The notes: generated by a model not told the origin, from the sequence alone. A stretch of 33,845 bases of DNA from an uncultured Methanosarcinaceae archaeon (GCA_963721455.1 CAVRJG010000048.1:1-33845), one strand, 5' to 3'. Counted from the first letter of the stretch, positions 1 through 9,838 are shown. Program-made: numbers and translations.

Positions 1-330
1 GATCCCCGGTTTTCCAGCATGGTCGAGCGCGTCCGCAACCGCGCCCTCACCGACAAGACCGTCGGCGACATCTTTGCCAGCCTGACCCGTGACGAATTGC
101 TCAAGCGCCTTTCCGACGCCGACATCGCCTTTGCCGAGGTCAACACCATGGCCGACCTCGCCGTGCACCGCATGCACCGCATCGAGGTCGATACGCCGAA
201 TGGCAAGGTGAACTATGCCGCGCCGGCCGCGATCTTCGTCGGCGAGCCGCGACGCTATGGCGCCGTGCCCGGCATCGGCGAAAATACCCATGCAACCGGG
301 CCTTCGGCGGTGCGGACCAAATCGTCATGA
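1..330 (+). CDS. CaiB/BaiF (family III) CoA-transferase, C-terminal fragment; bacterial, GC-rich
   Basis: Frame open from base 1 (DPRFSSMVERVRNR...L..ADIAFAEVN...GAVPGIGENT), typical of the family III CoA-transferase C-terminus; stop overlaps the next start (ATGA 327-330). Confidence 0.75.
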   Translation, partial: DPRFSSMVERVRNRALTDKTVGDIFASLTRDELLKRLSDADIAFAEVNTMADLAVHRMHRIEVDTPNGKVNYAAPAAIFVGEPRRYGAVPGIGENTHATGPSAVRTKSS

Positions 331-1194
331 CCGACAAGCCCGATCTCGATCACTTGCGGCAATGGATCGGCCGCACCGAGCGAGACTACCGATATCGTCA
401 CCGCCCATCTGGTGACGGGCCTGCGCCCACATTGTTCCTCGATGTCGGCGAATCCGAAGGCCGGGCGATCCCGCACCGTGCACCGCGCATTGGTGCCTGA
501 CGCTTCCGGTCGTTGCCGCTGTCGGCAGTCAGCGCCGACGGCCATCCCACTCACGGGGCTTTCTGCCGCCGGTGCCGCTGCCGCGCCCGGATGTGGGCCG
601 GCGGCGGAATGGAACTTCGTCGATGCCGCTTGCGCGTCGGCGACACGTGACGCGCGCCTCGCGCATCTCGGACCTGACGCATGAAGACCGGCAGCACCGG
701 CGACGTTGTGCTTCGTCTCGGTCGACCACGTGGTCTCGACGCCGCGCGGCATCTCGGTCCGCGAGCGTCAGGACATCGTCTATCGCGAGATGGCGGCCGC
801 GGCCGGCCAGAACGGCCACGCCGGCAAGCCGCCCGCCGCACCGTCGGCCGCGCGGATCCGCGAACGGCATCATGGCCGACCCGGTGCTGCTGTTTCGCTA
901 TTCGGCGCTGACCTTCAACGGCCACCGCATCCACTACGACCGCGACTACGTCACCAAGGTCGAGGGCTATCCCGGCCTGGTCGTCCACGGCCCGCTGCAG
1001 GCGGCGCTGCTCGTCGAAATCGCCGCCCAGCTCCACGGCGGCAAGCCGCCAACGACGCTCGGCTATCGCGGGCTGCAACCGCTGTTCGACGGCAGCGAGT
1101 TCAGCGTCAACGCCACCGATGCTCCGCCGGCCTCGACCTGTGGACCGCCAATTCGGCAGGACAGCCCACGATGAGGGGCACCGCGACGTGGTGA
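327..1194 (+). pseudogene. MaoC/hotdog-fold acyl-CoA hydratase (itaconyl-CoA/mesaconyl-C4-CoA hydratase-like), multiply frameshifted
   Basis: Family segments lie in different frames: MTDKPDLDHLRQWIGRTE (from 327), HVVSTPRGISVRERQDIVYRE, ADPVLLFRYSALTFNGHRIHYDRDY...GYPGLVVHGPL, and LWTANSAGQPTMRGTATW* (to 1194). Frameshifts may be sequencing errors. Confidence 0.8.
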
Positions 1195-1203
1195 TACCCA
1201 ACC

Positions 1204-1253
1204 CGTCATTCCGGGGTGATGCGAAGCATCAGACCGAAATATGAGAATTCCGG
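1204..1253 (+). repeat. REP-like extragenic palindrome of the rhizobial/Bradyrhizobium type, degenerating at the GC junction
   Basis: CGTCATTCCGGGG followed by the hairpin GATGC-GAA-GCATC (1218-1230), directly after the hydratase stop; resemblance to rhizobial repeats is from memory. Confidence 0.5.
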
Positions 1254-1287
1254 TTTTTTCATTTTTATAGGGATCGTCTAATTGCTT

Positions 1288-1405
1288 TAGGACTTACGCG
1301 GTTGAACTGAGAAATCAATGGCATTGAACCATCAACCGTCTAAATTATGCATTTATCTGTAACGTCCATTGTACTTGATTTTTCATCTCAAGTACGTAAG
1401 TCCTA
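1288..1405. mobile_element. 118-bp MITE with IS701-type ends
   Basis: TIRs TAGGACTTACG...CGTAAGTCCTA; perfect 5-bp flanking duplication TGCTT (1283-1287 and 1406-1410); no coding capacity. Confidence 0.85.
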
Positions 1406-1443
1406 TGCTTCTTAAAAATGCAGACGCGTTCAACTCTGCAAGA

Positions 1444-3618
1444 TTACTTACAAAACTTATAGTATTCTCCAAAGTCGGTTTCAGTAAAGAGTTTTCCAAT
1501 TTTTTGGTACTCTCTTTTTGTGGCTTTAATTAGGTGTTCCATTGCAACTTCCCTGGAGTTTTCCGCAGCCAAAAAAGAGGCAGCAAGAACTATATTTTTA
1601 ATATTCCCTCCGGCTAGCTTAAATTTTGAAAGAAAAGGAAAATCCACATCTTTTGCAATTGGGGTTTCCTCTGGGAACGTTTTTCGCCAGATACTTTCTC
1701 TTGATTTCTCATCAGGAAGAGGAAACTCTATTGTGAAATGAAGTCTGCGGAGAAAGGCATCGTCCATGTTTTTCCTAAAATTGCTCGCTAAAATCACTAT
1801 TCCTTCATGTTCCTCCATTTTCTGAAGCAAATAAGCGGTCTCAATATTCGCATAGCGGTCGTGAGAATCCTTTACTTCGGATCTCTTACCGAAGAGAGCA
1901 TCAGCCTCATCAAAGAAGAGGATAGAATTGCTCGTTTCAGCTTCTTCAAAGATTTTTTTCAGATTTTTCTCTGTTTCTCCTATGTACTTGCTGACAAGGC
2001 TTGATAAATCGATTTTATAAATGTCCAGTTTTACTTCATTTGCAAGAATCTCTGCAGCCATGGTTTTTCCGGTTCCGGGTGGGCCTGAAAAGAGAACGTT
2101 CAGGCCTTTTCCAAGAGACAATTTCTTTTCAAAGCCCCAATCGGAATGCACCTTTCCTTTGTACTTGATAAAACCAAAGACTTCTTTTAAATGCTCCAGT
2201 GTGTCTTTAGGAAGAATGATATCTTCCCATGTATAATGTGGATTGGTTTTCAGAGCCAGGGAGCTTAGTTTTTGGTTAGACTGCGTCTTACAACCTTTAT
2301 AGAAATCTTCCATAGATAATATCGGGCTGGTTGAATTTTTTTCACCTGAAAAGCTATGTGCTGTCTGGCTAGCATCCCTTATTTGACCGCCACTGAACTT
2401 GAATTTGCTCGCAAGCGCATTCACATCCACTCCTTTGGCTAGCTTGTAGTCTTTCAGGCAGGAACTCCACAGCTGTTTACGAATCAGGTATGAGGGTAGA
2501 GGAAAGACACATGGAATAAAACTGTTATTTATCAAGCCTCTATCGAATTCAATGGATTCTTTTCCTGCCAAAAATATCCATCCTGGAAAGGTCTTTAGAG
2601 CCTGTATCAGGAATGCAGGAAAATTCTTTTGTTCACTGCCTTCGAGAAGCGTATCAAAAGCTTGAAGATACAGTGCAGAATTTTGCAGGAGCGCTTCTCG
2701 CATTATGAGATCTGCAGTTTCGAGAGACGGGCCTTCAAGCAGGACCTTTGAGTCTACTACAAGAAGATTTATTCCTGCTGCCCTGCAGAGAGCTTCTGCA
2801 GCGGTTTTTTTCCCGCTTCCTGAAGGACCGCAAAATAGAAGCTTCAGTGGGAGCTTGTTTCCGCTGTACAGGCTTGCCATATTAATTAACTTGCTTTTGA
2901 AATCTGCAGGCAGAATAAGGTCCTCAAAAGACCTTTTGGGTTTTATTACAGAACAAAAATCCCTAATTTTCAGGTCCGGATCATCAAACCCAAGCAAAAA
3001 ATTAACTATTCTGTCATCTATTTTGATAAAACGGGATATAAGGGACAACCCAGCTCTTGTTTCTCCCTCCAATAGATAAACCATATGATTTTTTAGAAGA
3101 GGGGAAGCAGGTGAGAAATATGCTCTAGCCTTAATTTTTCCCTCAATTGTTGGAAAGAGCATAGACAGAACTAGGTATATTGTTGGCTTTTTTTTAGTCA
3201 CATCGTTTTGAAGATATGAGTAGAGCTTCTCATATTTGAGATCCAGTTCCGGGACAAGCCCGACCAAAAGTATGTCTATTTCAAAAGAATCAAGGCCAAA
3301 AAGTTCGGAAAGGATATGAAGCCTCAATTCCCTTCCTTTTTTCAGGCTTTCTTCTTTTTTGGCATCGATTTCTTTTCTTAATAAATTAATTTCCTTAAGG
3401 TTTTCAATTCTTAAATCTGACAGTGTGCCTTGTCTGCTTTCGAAACCTGGATTTCTCTGAATCCATTCTATTTCAGCCTCATAAATGTACAGACCCCTTA
3501 ATTCATCTCCAGCTTCAGGAAAATTCTCCTGCAAGTTTTCAAGGTAGCTTCTCATCAGTAGGTCTATTCTTGAAAGCTCGTCCAGAAGATGTTCGAGATT
3601 ATCAGTATATGGCTTCAT
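1444..3618 (-). CDS. AAA+ ATPase with N-terminal winged-helix-like region, Afp15/Pvc15 (eCIS ATPase)-like
   Basis: 724 aa; N-terminal LSELFGLDSFEIDILL...PELDLKYEKLYSYLQNDVTKKKPT; degenerate first AAA (GPSGSGKKT); canonical second AAA (GPPGTGKT, SKYIGETEKNL, ILFFDEADALFGKR, FLRRL). Confidence 0.85.
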   Translation of the reverse strand: MKPYTDNLEHLLDELSRIDLLMRSYLENLQENFPEAGDELRGLYIYEAEIEWIQRNPGFESRQGTLSDLRIENLKEINLLRKEIDAKKEESLKKGRELRLHILSELFGLDSFEIDILLVGLVPELDLKYEKLYSYLQNDVTKKKPTIYLVLSMLFPTIEGKIKARAYFSPASPLLKNHMVYLLEGETRAGLSLISRFIKIDDRIVNFLLGFDDPDLKIRDFCSVIKPKRSFEDLILPADFKSKLINMASLYSGNKLPLKLLFCGPSGSGKKTAAEALCRAAGINLLVVDSKVLLEGPSLETADLIMREALLQNSALYLQAFDTLLEGSEQKNFPAFLIQALKTFPGWIFLAGKESIEFDRGLINNSFIPCVFPLPSYLIRKQLWSSCLKDYKLAKGVDVNALASKFKFSGGQIRDASQTAHSFSGEKNSTSPILSMEDFYKGCKTQSNQKLSSLALKTNPHYTWEDIILPKDTLEHLKEVFGFIKYKGKVHSDWGFEKKLSLGKGLNVLFSGPPGTGKTMAAEILANEVKLDIYKIDLSSLVSKYIGETEKNLKKIFEEAETSNSILFFDEADALFGKRSEVKDSHDRYANIETAYLLQKMEEHEGIVILASNFRKNMDDAFLRRLHFTIEFPLPDEKSRESIWRKTFPEETPIAKDVDFPFLSKFKLAGGNIKNIVLAASFLAAENSREVAMEHLIKATKREYQKIGKLFTETDFGEYYKFCK

Positions 3619-3666
3619 ATGTTTTATACAAATGTGAATCTATTTTTGGAAAATCGGACTTCCTAT

Positions 3667-4042
3667 TCAAATAACTGGCTCACCCGTGCTTTTAGATTTC
3701 AAAACATTCTGGTATGCATACACTAGAATTCTCTCATCCGAAAGCTTACCATGAGACTTGAGCCTGTCCACTTCAAGAAGAAATCTTGCAGCTTTTTCGG
3801 AAGAGAATTCATTGGTTTCCGCAAAAGTTGCCGCTAAAGTTTTTAATTCTCTTCTTGAAGAATACTTCCTTGGCCAGTTTCCATCCACAAAATTAAAAGT
3901 AAGCCCGCAATTCCTGTGTCCTATAGTTCTGGTAGATGGATTTTGGGATGTCTTAATATAATCTTCGAATGTGTCTTCCTGCAGTTTTCCCTTTACTAAT
4001 TTTCCACACTCACATAAAAATATAGAATCATCTCCTTCCCAA
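3667..4042 (-). CDS. Hypothetical protein of ~125 aa with Cys/His cluster; start codon out of frame or lost
   Basis: The frame of the listed 73-aa ORF stays open upstream to 4080 (EGDDSIFLCECGKLVKGKLQEDTFEDYIKTSQNPSTRTIGHRNCGLTFNFVDGNWP...); TTG at 4040-4042 is one base out of frame. Confidence 0.55.
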
Positions 4043-4455
4043 CACCTTTCTAGAAAAATAACCCTTGATTCTGGAAATAATCAGATTATAGTTAGAAATG
4101 TAAAAATTTCCAGCGATTTTCGCCTTTAGCTGTTTATTTACCTGCAGTATTTTCCTATCCATAGGGAACTTATGAAAAAATAAAAATGTGTTTTAAGATT
4201 TACAGTTCAAACTGGTCATAGGAGTTTTCATCGCCCTATTGCTCGCTCCAGACAGCCAAAAAGCATGATGTCCTCTAAGAGGATACATCACCATCTAAAA
4301 TGTCTACTTTCTTTGATTACTTATACTTTCTTATTTGTTCTATTTTTAGTATGTAAAATATACTTCATGCCAAATTTTTTATTATTTTCAGTAAATGATT
4401 TACAAAAGAATCAAACACAAAACATTAATCCAATGCATTCAATCCTTCAATTCCA

Positions 4456-5487
4456 ATGTACAGAATAATTCGGGTTCCCCCAGAAAAAGGGGAAGAAATC
4501 AGGCAAAAAGCAATTGCTGTAAAATTTCTGGACACTACAAGAAAAATCCGGAAAATTCAGACCTTAGAAGGCAGTTTCCTGGAAATCCCCGTCACTGAGG
4601 CTGCAGGAGAAAGAGTAGGAGATTTTCCGGTAACAGAACAGGAAACCCCCGAATTTCTGGAAAAATCCGGATCCCTGAAAGAATACCTTAAAGAATATCT
4701 CTCCGAATCCGAACTTGTAGACGTCCCGTCAGGCTGGCAGATCCTGGGAGATATAGTAATAGTCAGCATCCCTGAAAACCTCGATGAAAAAAAGCTCCTG
4801 ATAGCCCAGGCTCTGCTTTCCATGTGCCCAAAGTGCAGGAGCGTGGTAAGAGACTTCGGAATCGAAGGGCAGTTTCGCCAGCCAAAAAGAGAACTTCTTC
4901 TCGGCAGTGGGACGGAAACCATCCATAAGGAGCACGGCTGCTTTTTTAAGCAGGACGTAACAAAAGTGATGTACTCCAAGGGCAACCTGAATGAGAGGAA
5001 ACGGATGAGCAGGCTTGGAGAAGGAGAAGTTATAGTGGATATGTTTGCAGGAATAGGGTATTTTTCAATTCCCATGGCTGTCCATTCCAGGCCGAAAAAA
5101 ATTACAGGCATTGAAATTAATCCTGAGTCCTTTGCCTACCTGAAGGAAAATATCAGGCTAAATAAGGCAGAGGAGATCTTTGTCCCGATATGTGGAGACT
5201 GCTCGAAGGTTGCTCCGGAAGGGACAGCCGACCGCGTGCTTATGGGTTATGTGGGGACCACTCATCATTATCTTGAGCCGGCTATAAAAGCTCTGAAGAA
5301 AAAAGGAGGGATTCTGCACTATCATGAAACAGTCCCGGAGAATCTCGCCAGAACCAGGCCTCAGGAAAGGATAAAAAAAGCTGCCGACGCCCTGGGAAAA
5401 AAAGTGGAGATTCTGGAGACCCGCAGGATAAAAAAATACTCTCCGGGCATCCTGCACGTGGTTGTGGATGCGCAGATATTCGAATGA
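4456..5487 (+). CDS. taw2: Met-10+/Trm5-superfamily SAM-dependent tRNA modification enzyme, Taw2-like aminocarboxypropyltransferase
   Basis: KVMYSKGNLNERKRM, VDMFAGIGYFSIP, GIEINP, ADRVLMGY and LHYHETVPE match archaeal Taw2/TYW2 motifs. Confidence 0.8.
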   Translation: MYRIIRVPPEKGEEIRQKAIAVKFLDTTRKIRKIQTLEGSFLEIPVTEAAGERVGDFPVTEQETPEFLEKSGSLKEYLKEYLSESELVDVPSGWQILGDIVIVSIPENLDEKKLLIAQALLSMCPKCRSVVRDFGIEGQFRQPKRELLLGSGTETIHKEHGCFFKQDVTKVMYSKGNLNERKRMSRLGEGEVIVDMFAGIGYFSIPMAVHSRPKKITGIEINPESFAYLKENIRLNKAEEIFVPICGDCSKVAPEGTADRVLMGYVGTTHHYLEPAIKALKKKGGILHYHETVPENLARTRPQERIKKAADALGKKVEILETRRIKKYSPGILHVVVDAQIFE

Positions 5488-5605
5488 AGGTTTAATTCCT
5501 GTTTTTATTGAGGGATGAAGGTCTTTATCCTTTTACGGCCTTCAGTACAAAGGGCACCAGCCCGGGAAGTAAAAATTCCGGTTTTTCCGGGCCGCTATCC
5601 TGCAG

Positions 5606-6241
5606 TCAGCCTTTATTCGGTAAAAAACGGTTGTCTGTCATTTTTACCCCACCCGGGGAGCCAGGTATGACACTTACATGCATGCTTACGATCTTCCTGT
5701 AAATATTTCTTTTTTGCACAATGGGCCACCACCCATAGAGAAAAACATAAACAGGCTCCCACATAGCAACCCAGCCGGTGATAGTCAGGCCTTCGGAAAG
5801 CATGGTCTTTACAAGGCCTCCTTCAAAAGTTGAAAGAATCCGGATCATGAGCAGGCAGAGAAAGAGGAAAACAACAGCAATTGTCATGTTTCTCCTCCCC
5901 CGCTGAAGAAGCCTCCTCAATTCTATTTCCGTGAGAAGTTCCCTGTAAGAAAAGTGATTCCTGATCGCTTCATTAAGAGTACGCCCCGTTTCTCCATCAA
6001 ATTCGGAAGGGGGAACGTATATCATGAGTTCAAGAGGCTTTTTTAGAGGGAATTCTCCAACTGTGTTATAGATATATACTTCTGCATTTTCATCAAGCTC
6101 TTTTTCGTGAAAAGGGGCAGGATCAAAAGAATTGAAAATCTGCATTATACTGTGTAGCTCAAGCTCAATCAGGAGTTTTCCATTCTGCTCTCTGTAAAGA
6201 GCTTCAGTTCCTATCGGGGAAAAATCTATCCCCCAGACCAT
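5606..6241 (-). CDS. Hypothetical membrane protein with two C-terminal hydrophobic segments
   Basis: 211-aa ORF; FNSFDPAPFHEKELD and EGLTITGWVAMWEP motifs; hydrophobic stretches. Confidence 0.7.
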   Translation of the reverse strand: MVWGIDFSPIGTEALYREQNGKLLIELELHSIMQIFNSFDPAPFHEKELDENAEVYIYNTVGEFPLKKPLELMIYVPPSEFDGETGRTLNEAIRNHFSYRELLTEIELRRLLQRGRRNMTIAVVFLFLCLLMIRILSTFEGGLVKTMLSEGLTITGWVAMWEPVYVFLYGWWPIVQKRNIYRKIVSMHVSVIPGSPGGVKMTDNRFLPNKG

Positions 6242-6433
6242 TTTTTTATCTACCTTCTAGAGAATGTTTCTTTAAAATCTTAGTAATTTACTTTCAACAG
6301 TAGCTGAGTTCTATATAAGGTTTTGCTTTTTGCGCTTTCGACTTCGGGTAATACGCCCGGAAAAACACTGAGGGTCTTAAAAATGGAAATGGGGGTAAAA
6401 AAGCCGGCACTTACCTGTGAAAAGCAGGAATTC

Positions 6434-6928
6434 TCAGTACTGTGCTGCAGCCTGTGTGATTGCGCTGTAGAGCTCTTCGGGTTTTCTGGAGCTGATGAGC
6501 ATTCTTTTTCCGGAAATGAGCTTCAGAATCACAACCAGATTAACTCTTTTAGAAGACTGTGATACATCAGACTCTTTCCCTGTGAGGGGGTCATAAGCCT
6601 TAATTTTGCATTCTTCCACTATATAGAAAGGAATCTTTTTAAAAGAAGGATTCAGGGGTATCAGGCGCATATATATTCCATCACTTCTGACCTCAGTTAT
6701 GTGTTTTGTACAGTAGAATATGAGGGGGAAAAATAACCCGAAAATAATCCAGAGCGCTGATAAGTATATGTCAGGAATATTCTGAACCCCGGCAGGTTTT
6801 CCGAAGACCAGGCGGTGGATCTCGATATACCAGAGCAGGATCGCAGGATAAAGGACAGAAACCAGAAAAATGTTATTGCGCAGATCCTGTACCTCCCGAA
6901 AGATTACACGTGTTTCCGGCTGTTCCAT
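6434..6928 (-). CDS. DUF6141-like membrane protein
   Basis: VIFREVQ, two TM segments, ITEVRSDGIY, LISSRKPEEL; RBS-like GAAGGGG upstream. Confidence 0.7.
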   Translation of the reverse strand: MEQPETRVIFREVQDLRNNIFLVSVLYPAILLWYIEIHRLVFGKPAGVQNIPDIYLSALWIIFGLFFPLIFYCTKHITEVRSDGIYMRLIPLNPSFKKIPFYIVEECKIKAYDPLTGKESDVSQSSKRVNLVVILKLISGKRMLISSRKPEELYSAITQAAAQY

Positions 6929-7291
6929 AAAAACCCCTTCCTTGAAACGTGCCTTACTTATACATGTTTTTATTAGAAATGTACTTTAGATTTGCCTGGT
7001 GAACAGGCGCCTCAATGCTGCTGAGAGGTATATCTTGCATGTACCTGAATTGCCTGTTCGTACTTAATTCAAACACTAGCTATGGATTCGATACTGAAAT
7101 AAGGGCCTTCCGTTGAAAACATTCCTGACTCTTTCTATAAAAACTGAGTAAATAAACCTTCCGAAAAAAATAAAAATTGTATATATCGGTTAATTTAAAA
7201 ATTGGAGAATAATCAGATTTAGAAGAATTTAGATGAATCTAGAAGAATTTGAAAGAATTTACACAAAGATAGGTAAGACAAACGAAAAAAA

Positions 7292-7532
7292 ATAGTTTGA
7301 AAGGTCCTGAGTAAAGCGGGAAAAGAACTCAGAATACCAGAAGTAGAAGAAGCATCATCCAGGAGGGAGCCGGGTTGTCTCCAAAGGGCTTTCGGAGTAA
7401 GAACTGCTGGTCAGGGACCGTACATGAAGGAATGACAGGAATCGCAACAATGGTTCAGAGCAGCATCAGGTTCATTTTTTGAACTTCTCTAAAAAGAACG
7501 GGACCGTTTACTCTCTTACCTGTAAAGTCCAT
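7292..7532 (-). pseudogene. Truncated DUF6141-like paralog with two in-frame TGA stops
   Basis: Manual translation from ATG 7532: MDFTGKRVNGPVLFREVQKMNLMLL*TIVAIPVIPSCTVPDQQFLLRKPFGDNPAPSWMMLLLLLVF*VLFPLYSGPFKL; colinear with the N-terminus of 6434-6928. Confidence 0.7.
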
Positions 7533-7666
7533 TTTTTGCCAGGCCTTCGGACTCTGCAGGATCTATTACTGATATTGTAAAATGGATTTAAAAAGTGGAA
7601 TATTTGTAAAAATGAAACACTCATTTAAAATCGAAGATGCTCTGAAAAATTAAAGAAAGATGGATT

Positions 7667-8035
7667 TTAATAGCCTAATCTCTCCATTTCTTTAAGTACT
7701 ACTGCACTGAAATCCGTGAAATGCTGGATCCCGCCAGTCCAGGCAGCAATCATCATAGCGTCAGCGATCTCGGCTCTTGTGGCCCCGAATTTATGAAGCC
7801 GTTCCAGTATTTTGGCAGCACTTTGTGTGTTGTTGTTGGAGCAGGCAATAGCAAAGACAATGAGATGCTTCTGTTTCATAGAAAGTCCGCCTTCCCTTTC
7901 ATCCCATACGGCTTTATAAAAACCTGCGATCCCTTCGGCAAAATCTTCGTTTATCTGTCCGGCATACGCAATAGACCTGGGCAAAAAGCCCTTCAATTCT
8001 TTGATTTCTTTAGCATCTTTCCCCATAATCATCAT
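7667..8035 (-). CDS. Carboxymuconolactone decarboxylase/AhpD-like family protein
   Basis: GLSMKQKHLIVFAIA and GATRAEIADAMMIAAWTGG match the CMD fold pattern; start could be 8026. Confidence 0.75.
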   Translation of the reverse strand: MMIMGKDAKEIKELKGFLPRSIAYAGQINEDFAEGIAGFYKAVWDEREGGLSMKQKHLIVFAIACSNNNTQSAAKILERLHKFGATRAEIADAMMIAAWTGGIQHFTDFSAVVLKEMERLGY

Positions 8036-8175
8036 ATGTCATAAGATAGGATCGGATATAACTGTATCTTATTAGAAAAATTACAGGATCAGAGAAAAAG
8101 GGAAAAAGTGAAGAAAATAAATTTTCTCTGCTTAGAATCCTCAGGAACATTCTGGAAAATTGATTTCGGAGATTT

Positions 8176-8643
8176 TCAGATTTCCTGCACTTCAACAGCC
8201 AGGTCAGAATTAATGATATAATCAAAGTTAATTATCTCGTCCCATTTCTGCTGCATGAACGTGGACTGGAAGCAGACTCCGATAATTTTTCTTTTTTCCG
8301 AGCCTTCGAGGATTTTTGTAGCGACGTCCTTTGCTTTTTCAGGGCTTATCTCCATCTTTGGCATCGCAAGCCCGCCCAGCAGGACAACAACTTCAGCGTG
8401 CGTATCTGTAGGTTCTCCAAGCTGCATCCCCTCTGAAGTCATATAAATAGACCTGGCTTTCTCAAAGTCCACACTGGAAATGAAAGCGAGCTTTCTGTCT
8501 CGGACTACAAAACCGAGAAGTTCCGCAAAAGGGGTGCAAAATCCTGGAGTTCCTACAAAAGTGATCTTTTTTGCTCCTTCGACAAGGCTCCTGAAACTAT
8601 TCAGTATGCCTCCTACTCCCTGTGAAGTGTTTATTATTGGCAC
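8176..8643 (-). CDS. DUF2124-like conserved methanogen protein
   Basis: GTPGFCTPFAELL, VLLGGLAMP, IIGVCFQ; GTG start preceded by GGAG. Confidence 0.7.
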   Translation of the reverse strand: MPIINTSQGVGGILNSFRSLVEGAKKITFVGTPGFCTPFAELLGFVVRDRKLAFISSVDFEKARSIYMTSEGMQLGEPTDTHAEVVVLLGGLAMPKMEISPEKAKDVATKILEGSEKRKIIGVCFQSTFMQQKWDEIINFDYIINSDLAVEVQEI

Positions 8644-8872
8644 GAAAATTTCTCCTTAATCTTTCAGTAAAATCCTGCTTTTTGAGCATTTCATTCGTAG
8701 CATTATATTTCTACAGTAAGATTGGAGACATTCGCTTAAATAAGTAATGGTAACAGCATTCATCAACAGAAATTCGGGAAACGAAGAGAATTTCAGATAA
8801 TAAAATGAAAACAGAAAAAGGGAAAAAACTAAAAAGAATATTAAAAAGAGGATTAAAAAGGGCATTTGCCCT

Positions 8873-9838
8873 TTAAACCTGCCTGATTCCGAAGGACTGA
8901 AGCAGGATTTCCGGATAGAGACTGCCGCTGGAAATGGTTTTTGTGCTCTTAAGGTCGTTTACAGTAAGCCGTGCGGGGGCGAACATGCCTGCGTCAACCT
9001 TGAAGAAATCAAAGTTTGCTTCCTTGAAGGTCTGGTAGAAGGGCTTTCCGAAGTCGCCTGAGGTTTTGGAAGGTACTTTCTTTACGAATTCCTCAAGTTC
9101 GGCCAGTTCCCCGTCAAAGCGGACTGTGTAGTTGGTTTCGCCGCAGTAGATCACACAGTCATTGGTTGAACCCATGCACTGAACATCATTTCCGACAACA
9201 GGAGCAATAGGGGCAACACCGTATCCACTTTTAATGCAGTTGATATCAAAACCGATGGATTCAAACTTGTGGATTCCGGTTTCTACGACACGAGCTGAGA
9301 TCTGGACAGAACCTGCAATAGAGGCAGTCGGAGCAACAGCAATCATCACGTTTTCAGGGTCTACGCTGCAGTGTTTTGCAATATGTTCCACAACTTTCTC
9401 ATCAGGGAGTTTGTCGGACTCCAGGACCAGGACTGCAGCTTCAAAGTCATCTTCATACCCGATTTCTTCATAGAGTTCTTTAGGTTTTAAGCCGAGTGCA
9501 CGTGCAGGGCCCGAACCCATTCCAAAGTAGCCACCGACAGAGATTCTCCAGCCTGCGTACTGGGAAGCCATACAGGCAATTAGAGGATTGTCAGTTGCTA
9601 CCTGGATGGCAGGCCATTTAAGGCCATTCAGGTCAAAGGTGGTGTACCTGAGGTCAGCAAGGTCAGCCAGGCAGAGCCTTGCCAGGTACATCCCGGCTTC
9701 ATAACCACCCTCGGCTTTAACTCCGCAGTCAATAACCGTAGCCCCGTTTTCGAGCTTGATGACTTCGGTTTTCAGGTCTTCGCTCCAGTCGAGCATCTCT
9801 TCGATAACATATGATCCCATTTCGTTGACGCTTATCAA
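8873..9838 (-). CDS. mch: Methenyltetrahydromethanopterin cyclohydrolase
   Basis: [48 protein letters not shown]; likely TTG start at 9838 (MISVNEMG) after AAAGGTGA rather than 9889. Confidence 0.95.
   Translation of the reverse strand: MISVNEMGSYVIEEMLDWSEDLKTEVIKLENGATVIDCGVKAEGGYEAGMYLARLCLADLADLRYTTFDLNGLKWPAIQVATDNPLIACMASQYAGWRISVGGYFGMGSGPARALGLKPKELYEEIGYEDDFEAAVLVLESDKLPDEKVVEHIAKHCSVDPENVMIAVAPTASIAGSVQISARVVETGIHKFESIGFDINCIKSGYGVAPIAPVVGNDVQCMGSTNDCVIYCGETNYTVRFDGELAELEEFVKKVPSKTSGDFGKPFYQTFKEANFDFFKVDAGMFAPARLTVNDLKSTKTISSGSLYPEILLQSFGIRQV

Noticed and set aside
140-1201. Many overlapping ORFs in the GC-rich segment
   Set aside because: Explained by stop-codon scarcity at high GC and by fragments of one frameshifted hydratase.
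1-1275. GATC at position 1 and 1272 as evidence of a Sau3AI ligation chimera
   Set aside because: The composition shift occurs before 1272 and GATC is frequent; not supportable.
7220-7260. Degenerate 10-bp repeat (TAGAAGAATT-like x4)
   Set aside because: Short, low-complexity and AT-rich; no evident function.
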